Source: an uncultured Chloroflexia bacterium (GTDB lineage: Bacteria; Chloroflexota; Dehalococcoidia; GIF9; UBA5629). Taken from it: a stretch of DNA of 64,000 bases. This document shows, in pieces, positions 36,428 through 45,288 of this stretch. Numbering within the stretch: position 1 is the first letter of the stretch; each line of letters starts with the position of its first letter. The stretch lies in the NCBI GenBank assembly GCA_963775935.1, contig CAVZKR010000006.1, forward strand, positions 111,198-175,197. Direction: 5' to 3'. The notes beneath the pieces are model-generated. The model was not told where the DNA came from. It did not search any database and worked only from the letters and a program-made list of their open reading frames with translations. The translations under genes were made by a program, and so were the position numbers.

Positions 36428-36450
36428 GGCGATGGAATCGCCTATTTATT
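36428..36450 (+). terminator. Possible intrinsic terminator between convergent genes
   Basis: GGCGAT-gga-ATCGCC hairpin (6-bp stem) followed by TATTTATT. Lies 36 nt after the MFS stop and overlaps the stop of the convergent rdhA-like gene. Confidence 0.4.
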
Positions 36451-37597
36451 CGACAGGCATTTTAGTATCGAACCACCACTTTCGAGCAGGATGTTCTTTC
36501 CGGTGGTCTTTTAAGAAGCTATCAGCTTTGATTGCCACCAACCTAGCTATTAATGACCTTTCAATAGCATTGCGCACAAGGTTATGGTTCCAGGAGTTTG
36601 GCCGTGTCCAAGGACAAATTTTGACACATGTATTGCAGCCATGCCCTTTATTGTTACAAATGAAGAATTGACCGCAACTATCAGCATCCAGTTTCCAAGT
36701 ATAGTATCCATTATACATTGTCTTGTCTCCTGTGGGGATAGCTTTGCTTGGACACATTTCAGCACATAATTCACAGCGCTTACAGAAATCCTGTAGATTA
36801 AAGTCGATAGGTTTATCATCGATTAAGGGTAAATCTGTGAGAACTGCAGCCGCTTTATAGCCTAAACCTAAAAAGGGATTGAGGATTATTCCAGCACGGC
36901 TAACTTCTCCAATTCCTGACCAAAGCAGTAACGGTGGTATTAAAACATCGTAGCTTTGCGCAGCTGGAAGATTGGGTTTGCTAGACATATGCTCGGCCAC
37001 TGCAGAATATCCTAATCGGCGTATATAGTTAGCCATTGTCTGGCTTATCAAAGCCAGATGCTGGTACGGCACATAACTTAATGGTCCTCCTGACCAGTCA
37101 CGTCCGTTGGATGCATACATAGTGTAGTAGTCCTTGCGCTTCACAATCATAATTGCATGCTTATAATTTAAATTTATTGGTTCACCCAGCGAATTCATAC
37201 TATAGTAAGCAGTTGCAGGTACTTGGCCAATACCTACGATATCAGCCTGTAAATAATATCCCAATTGTCTTATATGGTGAGTCAGTAAACCAGGATTATC
37301 TGTTATCTCAGCTTTAACAGGATTAATATTATTTTGAATAGTCTTGCCAAGATGCGCCGTAAGTTCATTCAATGTAGTGGTTATAGGATCTTTAGCGGTG
37401 ATGCTTAAAAACCGTTTCTGTACTTTTGGGCCATAAAGACCACGAGCAGCTTTTCCAAAGGGGCTTTCACCTGGATTTATCCGTTTAACCTGATCGGTGA
37501 TACTATTTGTAGGCCTGTCAACCCTTTTCAAAAGATGTGTAGGGAATCGATCTAAGTTGCTTTCTTTTGAAAGTAATACATTATCAGTTCCTTCCAT
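36446..37597 (-). CDS. Reductive dehalogenase-family protein (RdhA-like), no Tat signal
   Basis: Two C-terminal Fe-S motifs, CKRCELCAEMCPSKAIP and CGQFFICNNKGHGCNTCVKICPW, about 35 aa from the C-terminus as in RdhA. N-terminus MEGTDNVLLSKESNLDRFP has no RRxFLK. Start ATG 37597 (AGAAGG upstream); the track's GTG 37603 is also possible. Confidence 0.7.
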   Translation of the reverse strand: MEGTDNVLLSKESNLDRFPTHLLKRVDRPTNSITDQVKRINPGESPFGKAARGLYGPKVQKRFLSITAKDPITTTLNELTAHLGKTIQNNINPVKAEITDNPGLLTHHIRQLGYYLQADIVGIGQVPATAYYSMNSLGEPINLNYKHAIMIVKRKDYYTMYASNGRDWSGGPLSYVPYQHLALISQTMANYIRRLGYSAVAEHMSSKPNLPAAQSYDVLIPPLLLWSGIGEVSRAGIILNPFLGLGYKAAAVLTDLPLIDDKPIDFNLQDFCKRCELCAEMCPSKAIPTGDKTMYNGYYTWKLDADSCGQFFICNNKGHGCNTCVKICPWTRPNSWNHNLVRNAIERSLIARLVAIKADSFLKDHRKEHPARKWWFDTKMPVE

Positions 37598-37903
37598 TTT
37601 CACCTTCTTACTAAATTATTTACATTAATTGGTTAAGTTGTTGACAATAGTCTGAAATATGCTAGAACGTTTCTCCAAAAATTTACAATAAACCTCAAAC
37701 TAATTTACGTGAGTTACTGAAGTAGAATCTGCTTCTGAATTTTGGCTTAGTAGTTGGCTAGACTGATATAGAATATATAGACATTCATTTTAAGGTTTTC
37801 CATGGCCTGTAGAATTAAGTTGAGCAATAGTATAACTATTGAGGGCAAGTCACTGTGGGAAATAAAAAAGTAGGCGTAACCCATCTTAGGACAGCCTTTA
37901 TTA

Positions 37904-39667
37904 TTAGCGCTTAGCCCTTAGTTTTTTTGTTGCCTTCTGGTCAATTTCGAGAGTGTCGGGATTGAGTACTACTTTATAAATTTTCCTGGCTGCTTCCAAC
38001 GACACTATTTCATTTTTCACATCCATTTTTACAGCCTCCGGATCACGTTCTTCCGGTGGACCTACACCAGCACCACCACCACTATGACACAGAAGTACAT
38101 CGCCAGCCTTGATATCATGTACTAAATGAAGGTTGCCAAAAGGAATCCTCTCCTTTCCTCGCACGATGTAAATCTTATTGAAAGGAGTGGGCGAACCTCC
38201 CAGTTGTCCTTTGCTCTGGACACTCCAGCCGCTACAGGCACCACTGATGGTCACACAGTCAGCTCCCTCGTTGACACTTTCCAACCAGATACCAGGGGCA
38301 CCACGCCACTTTCCTGCGCCTGGTGAATCGGTGAGAAATTCATATGTTTTCACGCGCCAGGGGAATCTCTCCATCTCTTCCTCGGCATCAGTTTTACTGA
38401 CGACACCCATGGTGCCCAGTTCGCAACAACACTGGTAGCCATCATAGCCGTACACGGCACCCGCACCGCCAGTAGAGCCGAACGTAGTGCACACATACAG
38501 TTCATTGGTTCGCGGGTCGATACCAACGTACTGACCTGGACCGGCTAGCCTGCCATACGGGGCAATGGCACGTTCTGGCAGAGCCTGTGACAATGCTGAA
38601 AGAACACATTCGGTAATGAGAGCACCAGTTAGTCCGGGTGTGGCTGCAGTCAGTGCACCAGGTCTAGCATTTAACACCGTGCCTTCTCGAGCAATCACGT
38701 GAATAGGTTTCAGACTCCCTTCATTATGATAAGCACTCAGCTCAGTGCCCAGGAACATGAAAACAGTGCACATAGTAACACTCTGAGTAACAGAGTAAAC
38801 GGCATTGACATAGCCTGGACGTTGTTCATCGCTTTCCGAGAAGTCGAAGGTGGCTTCATCACCTTTGATGGTTAGCTTACACCTGATGGTTACTGGTACG
38901 TCCAGCTCTTTGCCATCGTCATCCATCTTCGCCTCCGAGTAATAGGTCCCGTCTGGCCATTTGGCAACCTCTGCACGTACCGCTTTTTCAGTGCGACGTA
39001 TCATTTCGTCTATGCAAGCGAAAACCGTCTTTTTGCCATACTTATCAAGTAGTTCTATCAGCCTTCGCTCCGCTAATGAGGTGCTGCCTATGAGAGACTG
39101 TATCTCCCTACGCATCATATCCGGCATGCGATTATTACTCAGAATCAGTTCCACTACATCATCCCTCATCTGGCCTCTTTCTACCACTTTCACCGGTGGG
39201 ATGTTAAGGCCCTCAGCAATAGAATCGTTGGCCAGAAAATGGGTGCCTGCCCGAGCTCCTCCATTATCTGGAACATGGGTACCCATGCAGCTGAAAAATA
39301 CCAGCTCCCCCTTATAGAATATCGGCCGTATGAATACCCAATCCGGCAGGTGTACTGCTCCCGCCTTAAAAGGATGGTTGGTCAGGAACTCATCTCCAGG
39401 GTAAATTTTATCACCGAATATCCTTTTCACTGCCTTGATGGGATAGGTACTGGATATCAATCGCGGGGGAAAACCTTCGGGAATGGCAATTACTTTTACA
39501 TCTGCATCCCATATTCCGTAAGCCAGGTCATGGAGCGAGGTGGCCAGGACATTGGTAGCTGTCCTTTCCATGGTCTCACGCATATCGACGCAGACTCTCT
39601 GTAAATAGTGCCATATAGTGGCGATAGTAAGGGGATCAACCTGGATTTTCCGTTTTGATTGAGGCAT
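37904..39667 (-). CDS. Hydantoinase B / oxoprolinase family protein (HyuB-like)
   Basis: 587-aa ORF with VDPLTIATIWHYLQRVCVDM. Starts 2 nt after the HyuA stop. Confidence 0.85.
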   Translation of the reverse strand: MPQSKRKIQVDPLTIATIWHYLQRVCVDMRETMERTATNVLATSLHDLAYGIWDADVKVIAIPEGFPPRLISSTYPIKAVKRIFGDKIYPGDEFLTNHPFKAGAVHLPDWVFIRPIFYKGELVFFSCMGTHVPDNGGARAGTHFLANDSIAEGLNIPPVKVVERGQMRDDVVELILSNNRMPDMMRREIQSLIGSTSLAERRLIELLDKYGKKTVFACIDEMIRRTEKAVRAEVAKWPDGTYYSEAKMDDDGKELDVPVTIRCKLTIKGDEATFDFSESDEQRPGYVNAVYSVTQSVTMCTVFMFLGTELSAYHNEGSLKPIHVIAREGTVLNARPGALTAATPGLTGALITECVLSALSQALPERAIAPYGRLAGPGQYVGIDPRTNELYVCTTFGSTGGAGAVYGYDGYQCCCELGTMGVVSKTDAEEEMERFPWRVKTYEFLTDSPGAGKWRGAPGIWLESVNEGADCVTISGACSGWSVQSKGQLGGSPTPFNKIYIVRGKERIPFGNLHLVHDIKAGDVLLCHSGGGAGVGPPEERDPEAVKMDVKNEIVSLEAARKIYKVVLNPDTLEIDQKATKKLRAKR

Positions 39668-39669
39668 AC

Positions 39670-41733
39670 CTATTTCCTCCTCGTAATACTATAGTTATTG
39701 TACTCATCAACCTCACACTGATAACCAGGGGGAATGACCGCGGTAGTAGTCGGGACCTCGATTATTGCAGGTCCAACTATAGTATTTCCCGCTTTAAGTT
39801 TTTCACTATCATAGATGGGTGTCTCCACCTGTTTGTCGCTGAAGAGGCAAGTTCTCTTCCGCTTGAATGCCTTTGAAGGATCTTTCGTTCCTTTCGGTAT
39901 TCTATGTAACTCAACTTTCTTTCCTGTTACCCTGGCTATCAATCGAAGATTTCGAATCTCAATCGGAACCCACGCCAAAGTAAACGTATAAAGCTCCCGG
40001 TGCTTGTCATGAAATTTCTTTGCCAGTTCTTCGAGATCCTTGGGAATAATCTCTCGTGGTGGCAGTTCTACCTCAACCTCATGGTATTGACCTTCATAGC
40101 GTAGGTCAGCAGATTGAGTAATCAACAACTTTTCCGAGGATTCGTTAAATGCTTTCAGCTCAGCCTGGGCTTCCTTAAGCATTTCTTTGTACAATGAGTT
40201 GATCTTTGCCGGCTTTGCTTTGCTGAGCTGACAAATGTATGATCGTAAATAGTCACGGCCAATGTCGAGCGTAAACATGCTCCAGGCACAAAAAGAAGAG
40301 GCATAGTTCGGCACAATCACCTTCTTGCAACCCAGCAGCTCTGCCCAGAATGCTCCGCACATCGGACCTCCCCCACCACAAGCTACCAGGCTGAAATCTC
40401 TGATATCATAGCCCTTCCTTGTTGAGATACGCGTTATCTCATCTGCCATATTAGCGTTAACTGTACTGAATATAGCCTGGGCAGCTTTCTCAATCGAAGT
40501 ATGCAGACGAGTAGCTATCTTTTTTACCGCTTTCCGCGCCAATTCTTTGTTGAGAGGAACCTTTCCTCCACAGAAAAAATCGGTTGGCAGATAGCCTAAC
40601 ACCACCGCTGCATCGGTAACTGTTGGCTCTGTGCCACCTTTGCCATAACAAACTGGCCCAGGGTCAGCTGCTGCACTTTGCGGTCCTACTCTGAGCAGAC
40701 CAAGAGAATCAAACCAGGCAATACTGCCACCTCCAGCACCAATACTGCTGACATCCGCTACCTTGATGCCGATTTTGTCATCGTTAAACCATCTACCAGC
40801 TTTGAGGATTACTTCACCATTCTTGACTAAAGCCGCATCCAGCGTGGTCCCACCCATGTCTGCCGTAACCACGTTGGGTTCGTTGATACGCTTTCCTAAA
40901 TAGGCTCCACCAGGAGGTGCTGCCGCTGGACCGGAACCAAACAAGTACACGGGCTTTTTGGCTATTGCAGAAATGGACTGCGTAAATTGATTTGCCTGCA
41001 TTATCAGCAGTTGCCCTTGAAAACCGGCTTTCCTCAATCTCCCCTCAAGGCTCGCCATATATTTTGATACCACAGGACCAACACAGGCACTGATAACACA
41101 GGTGCTTTCTCGCTCATATTCTCCCATTTTAGGAAGAATATCACTCGAGTAAGTAATAAAAACCCCTTTTAGTTCTTGTTCACAGACTTGAGCAGCTTTT
41201 TTCTCATTTTCGGGATTGGCATACGAGTTGATAAAACAGATGGCAACCGCCTCGATTTGTTCCTTCTTTAGCTTTTCGATTACCTCTTTGAGTTCGCGGA
41301 CATCAATAGGTTTCGTTACCTCTCCTGTATATCTGGTTTCCTCATCAACAGTAAATCTGAGGTAGCGTGGTATTATCGGCTCGTATGGGGGAATATAGGC
41401 TTCATACATAGAATGAGTTTCGATTTTCAACGCACGGCGCATCTCGATGATATCCCTGAATCCCCTGGTAGTAATCATCGCTGTTTTTGCCACATTTCTG
41501 GTGACTAGGGCATTTGTGGCTACGGTCGTACCATGGACTATTAATTCGATCTTCTCCATGAACTTAGTAAAGGGTAGTCCATAAGCAACTGCCGCTTCCT
41601 TTAATGTGCTCATGACACCCATAGAGAAGTCATGTGGAGTGGTGGGAACTTTATGCTCCGAAATCTTTCCTGTTGCGTCAATTATTATCGAATCGGTGAA
41701 AGTCCCACCTATATCCACGCAAACTTTGTACAT
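39670..41733 (-). CDS. Hydantoinase A / oxoprolinase family protein (HyuA-like, ATP-binding subunit)
   Basis: 687-aa ORF. MYKVCVDIGGTFTDSIIID and ADMGGTTLDAALV are actin-like ATPase motifs typical of HyuA/AcxA/Apc subunits. Confidence 0.85.
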   Translation of the reverse strand: MYKVCVDIGGTFTDSIIIDATGKISEHKVPTTPHDFSMGVMSTLKEAAVAYGLPFTKFMEKIELIVHGTTVATNALVTRNVAKTAMITTRGFRDIIEMRRALKIETHSMYEAYIPPYEPIIPRYLRFTVDEETRYTGEVTKPIDVRELKEVIEKLKKEQIEAVAICFINSYANPENEKKAAQVCEQELKGVFITYSSDILPKMGEYERESTCVISACVGPVVSKYMASLEGRLRKAGFQGQLLIMQANQFTQSISAIAKKPVYLFGSGPAAAPPGGAYLGKRINEPNVVTADMGGTTLDAALVKNGEVILKAGRWFNDDKIGIKVADVSSIGAGGGSIAWFDSLGLLRVGPQSAAADPGPVCYGKGGTEPTVTDAAVVLGYLPTDFFCGGKVPLNKELARKAVKKIATRLHTSIEKAAQAIFSTVNANMADEITRISTRKGYDIRDFSLVACGGGGPMCGAFWAELLGCKKVIVPNYASSFCAWSMFTLDIGRDYLRSYICQLSKAKPAKINSLYKEMLKEAQAELKAFNESSEKLLITQSADLRYEGQYHEVEVELPPREIIPKDLEELAKKFHDKHRELYTFTLAWVPIEIRNLRLIARVTGKKVELHRIPKGTKDPSKAFKRKRTCLFSDKQVETPIYDSEKLKAGNTIVGPAIIEVPTTTAVIPPGYQCEVDEYNNYSITRRK

Positions 41734-41846
41734 TTCTGTTGCTCCTTTTCATTACTCCATTTTAAAGAAGTACGACGTAGTTGCTTTAATGCAACGATGG
41801 TACGGCTTATTTTGAAAATTGATTCACTCTTGCACTAGGTCAATCT

Positions 41847-42893
41847 TTAACCTTTAATATTGAATAATCTCATAGCGTTTTCACCCAGGATGAGTGCCTT
41901 ATCTTTTTTGCTGATATCGAGACTTTGTATATGATCTACTCCATACAATAACCACTCTTTTCTGAGAGGATAAGAAGTCCCAAAGAGAACATGCTCGGCT
42001 CCCAATTCTTTAACAGCACACTCTATCTGTGCTTTGGACCATGTTGGGGCATGGGTAAGGTCGCTGTAAATATTCTTCTTCAGGTATCCTTCGACCTTAT
42101 TGGAGGCCGTCGGATCGAAACGCTCCATATCGCTCGCCACCCTCGATTTCTTGGGTGTAATGAGGGTTGTATATGCAAAGAGGCCTCCAGCCATCATGGT
42201 ATGGATAAATTTAAGGTTGGGTAACTCATCAAGCATCCCACTGTACATTATCCTTCCCACACTGGTCATCTGGTCTATACACCTTCCGAACAAACGGCGC
42301 AGATTGACATAGTCAATGACATGACCATAATCTACAGGCAGAGCGGTATGGTGAACAATGATCGGTACATTAAATTGATTTATTTTCTTAAAGAAAGGCC
42401 TGAACTCTTCGGAATCAAGGTAAAGCGTGCCGTAATGCGCTTCAACCTGCACCCCGACACAACCAAGCTCATTGATACAGCGGTCTAGCTCGGCAAGACA
42501 ATCTTCGTCGCCCCATGGAGGTACAATAGCCACACCCAATAGCCGGTCAGGGTGCTCCCTTACAGATTTCGCCATAGCATCATTGACTTTCCTGCATATC
42601 TCCAGAGTTGCCCACTCTGGCCAGATGCACCATCTCAGGATGCCCTTATCGATTTTACACTCATCCATCGCCCGTATACGGTCCTCGGGGTCTGCAGATT
42701 CAATAGGAAACTCAAGGTTAGGATATCCTTTTGGGCGCGCCAGTTTAATCTGCTTCTTGTACGTTCCAGGCAGGTCAATAACCTGCAAATGCTCACCATA
42801 GGCACGAGGAATTGCCCTCAGGCACTCTTTGAAAAAGGATCTATCAGAATAGAAAAAGTCAGGGTACCAGTGCAAATTAACATCGACAATCAT
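41847..42893 (-). CDS. Amidohydrolase-2 family protein, divergent active site
   Basis: 348-aa ORF with MIVDVNLHWYPDFF, VPIIVHHTALP, FIHTMMAGG, LFGTSYPL. Close paralog of 48518 and 49798. Confidence 0.8.
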   Translation of the reverse strand: MIVDVNLHWYPDFFYSDRSFFKECLRAIPRAYGEHLQVIDLPGTYKKQIKLARPKGYPNLEFPIESADPEDRIRAMDECKIDKGILRWCIWPEWATLEICRKVNDAMAKSVREHPDRLLGVAIVPPWGDEDCLAELDRCINELGCVGVQVEAHYGTLYLDSEEFRPFFKKINQFNVPIIVHHTALPVDYGHVIDYVNLRRLFGRCIDQMTSVGRIMYSGMLDELPNLKFIHTMMAGGLFAYTTLITPKKSRVASDMERFDPTASNKVEGYLKKNIYSDLTHAPTWSKAQIECAVKELGAEHVLFGTSYPLRKEWLLYGVDHIQSLDISKKDKALILGENAMRLFNIKG

Positions 42894-42918
42894 AAAAAAC
42901 CTCCTTGTATATTTATTT

Positions 42919-42949
42919 TATATAGCTTGTTTGACTTACAAGCTATATA
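42919..42949. promoter_or_regulatory. Perfect 12-bp inverted repeat (operator or RNA hairpin) upstream of amidohydrolase-2 gene
   Basis: TATATAGCTTGT-ttgactt-ACAAGCTATATA at 42919-42949, 25 nt upstream (minus-strand sense) of the start at 42893. No flanking T-tract on either strand. Confidence 0.5.
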
Positions 42950-43166
42950 TTACCGTGTAGATGTTGAGGTTAGCGTTCTTCCTCCTTGAGGAAAAGCATC
43001 CCAACACAACCCTGGGAGTCCTCTGCCGCCGCCTGTTGAATCACATCTATTCAATTGTTAAGGAGCAAAGGCCTTATCAGCCTAAAACTCAACTATGACC
43101 CTATTGATTTTCTATAGTAGGTCTCTCTATAACAACTCCTCTAATTATAAGATTTTTTAATTATAC

Positions 43167-44918
43167 CTAATCCATTTTTGGTTCTCTGATGCTTATATCA
43201 CCTCCAGAGAGATAAGTACCTACAATATTTCCCCGTGTAATTGGTAGTAGTAGGTATGAAGAATGCTCGGCATCGTGGTAAATAGTTACTCTGTTCGATA
43301 GTTGGCTAGAAAGATGTCCTTCGTGAAGAGACTCAATACCGGTCTTTGGAGGTTCTTGGATTGAACCACTGATTTTCAAGCAGATTCGATGACCTACTTT
43401 AAATAAATGTCCCGTAGGCATGATCTCAATCGGAAACTGATAAATTTCTCCCGGTATAAGGGGCTGTGGGTTACTGTGAGTATGAAACGGTTGCCACGGT
43501 TTGGATCGCTCCAGATCAATTTCTCGATGCGAGCCTTTAAGATAACCTCTGGTTAGCAAAACCTTATTTCCCTGTGGGTCTATATCCCATAGGCTGACGA
43601 AGAAATAGATTTCATTACCGCGTGATGAAGCAAAAAGGTTAAGCGCTATCGGTCCGACAACCTCTGTATTTTCTACCAGTTCAGGAGAGCAATACTCGAG
43701 GTATTCACGTTTGTCAGGGGCATCCCAGTAGGTAGAGCTAGGAGCATCAGGCCAAGGCTCTATCTCACATAAAATGCCGCCTTTATGAAGGTTAAACGGA
43801 ATCCATCTTGTGCCTGGCACTGGCCAATTATCGACCATTTTCCAATCATTAAGGCCGGTAATAAAGATTTTAACCGCTGGCTCGTTCATGATACCGGTGT
43901 CTATTTTTTTAAGCCAATAATCATACCAGCGCAATATTTCCCACTGATACTGATACATCGGACGATCAAGATATATCGGAGGCCCGATCACCAATTTTTT
44001 AGGGACATTCAGATTAGCCCAGCTCCGGAGTGTCCCTGGCAGGTGCAATGTGTACATGTCCCAGCTACAGCCGAGATAGGCAGGTATTTTGATTCTGTCA
44101 TATTCCGTTAAATTACGCTCTTCCCAGTAATCGCTGTAGGTAGGATGAAGAAGAAGATCAACTTTTCCCATATTTTCAGGCAGGTCGGGGTTTAGTAAGC
44201 TAGCGACAAACCCGGGATCAGAACTTATATCTTTGTCTGCCAGTGTGCGCGATATCGCTTTCCTAAATTCTTCTTCCCCCATTTCTTCTCTACTGACACT
44301 TGCTGCCGTATGAAGGTTAAGGGCACCAGTGGAAAAAAATACATTGGTAAATGTCGATGTCACAATGCCACCATGATACCATGCATCCCGATACTGGTCT
44401 GTAGCTGCATAGAATGGACAGATTGCCTTGAGATGAGGCGGATTTAACACTGCGGCGTGCTGTTGGCTTATGGCATAATATGATGTGCCCAGCATACCCA
44501 CGTTTCCGCTGCACCAGGGTTGTTTCGCTGCCCATTCCACGATATCATATATATCCCTCATCTCTCTACGATCCATGAATCGATAAGCGCCCCCTGACTT
44601 GCCGGTACCCCTACAACTGGCTACTATATGCACATAGCCTCTTCTTACAAAAAAATCCGTCGGCCCTGCCTCCAGTATGCCATCACCTGACCCACGAACC
44701 ATGCTCGTAGACATTCCCCGAGGCCAGATACGAGCTGTCTGAAGTTCTTTCGAATATGGCGCAATACTCAGTAATACCGGGAACTTTTCATCACTTTTAG
44801 GTCGGAACACATCACAATCAATAACAACACCGTCGCTTACAGGTATTGAAATATTACGTTCATTTGTGACGCTGTATTGTCTTTTAGAGAGTTTGCCTGT
44901 TCCTATTATGGCATCCAT
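43167..44918 (-). CDS. CocE/NonD-family alpha/beta hydrolase (S15 X-Pro dipeptidyl-peptidase-like esterase/amidase)
   Basis: 583-aa ORF with N-terminal hydrolase domain (PVLLSIAPY, nucleophile elbow MLGTSYYA) and a C-terminal jelly-roll-like domain, as in cocaine esterase-type enzymes. Confidence 0.75.
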   Translation of the reverse strand: MDAIIGTGKLSKRQYSVTNERNISIPVSDGVVIDCDVFRPKSDEKFPVLLSIAPYSKELQTARIWPRGMSTSMVRGSGDGILEAGPTDFFVRRGYVHIVASCRGTGKSGGAYRFMDRREMRDIYDIVEWAAKQPWCSGNVGMLGTSYYAISQQHAAVLNPPHLKAICPFYAATDQYRDAWYHGGIVTSTFTNVFFSTGALNLHTAASVSREEMGEEEFRKAISRTLADKDISSDPGFVASLLNPDLPENMGKVDLLLHPTYSDYWEERNLTEYDRIKIPAYLGCSWDMYTLHLPGTLRSWANLNVPKKLVIGPPIYLDRPMYQYQWEILRWYDYWLKKIDTGIMNEPAVKIFITGLNDWKMVDNWPVPGTRWIPFNLHKGGILCEIEPWPDAPSSTYWDAPDKREYLEYCSPELVENTEVVGPIALNLFASSRGNEIYFFVSLWDIDPQGNKVLLTRGYLKGSHREIDLERSKPWQPFHTHSNPQPLIPGEIYQFPIEIMPTGHLFKVGHRICLKISGSIQEPPKTGIESLHEGHLSSQLSNRVTIYHDAEHSSYLLLPITRGNIVGTYLSGGDISIREPKMD

Positions 44919-45041
44919 CAGTAATACCCCCCAATTTAAATTTTAGACAACCGTACTTTGCTTATGGTGCTATATTTGCGCCTAGCTATCATACTACTCT
45001 GCTTTACCGATTTCAACGGGATGTTACTTCCTAGTAATGCA

Positions 45042-45068
45042 TTGACAATATAAAAACCTTGTTATAAT
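45042..45068 (+). promoter_or_regulatory. Candidate promoter with extended -10 for TRAP operon 1
   Basis: TTGACA 45042-45047, 15-nt spacer, TGtTATAAT (TG 45060-45061, TATAAT 45063-45068). Confidence 0.45.
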
Positions 45069-45288
45069 ATAGCGCTTGTTAATTCCTTGTTAGGCAATGT
45101 TTTGTATATACGTTTCTGCGATATGCAATTAGGTTAGTTCCCATTGACGCGTCGGTACGGTAGTTTTTTGTGATATCAGAATGATTATTAGTTACTTGAA
45201 CAAGGAGGTGGTGTCTATGAATGTCGCATAAAGAGACTCAAAAATGTCCTATCTAAATAATGAAATGGTTAAAAAAGGGGGACAAGTA

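Noticed and set aside
36446-37597. Alternative call of the RdhA-like gene as epoxyqueuosine reductase QueG
   Set aside because: In QueG the two Fe-S motifs are followed by a C-terminal HEAT-like tRNA-binding domain of about 100 aa or more. Here the second motif is about 35 aa from the C-terminus, as in RdhA. This is kept as a caveat to be settled by phylogeny.
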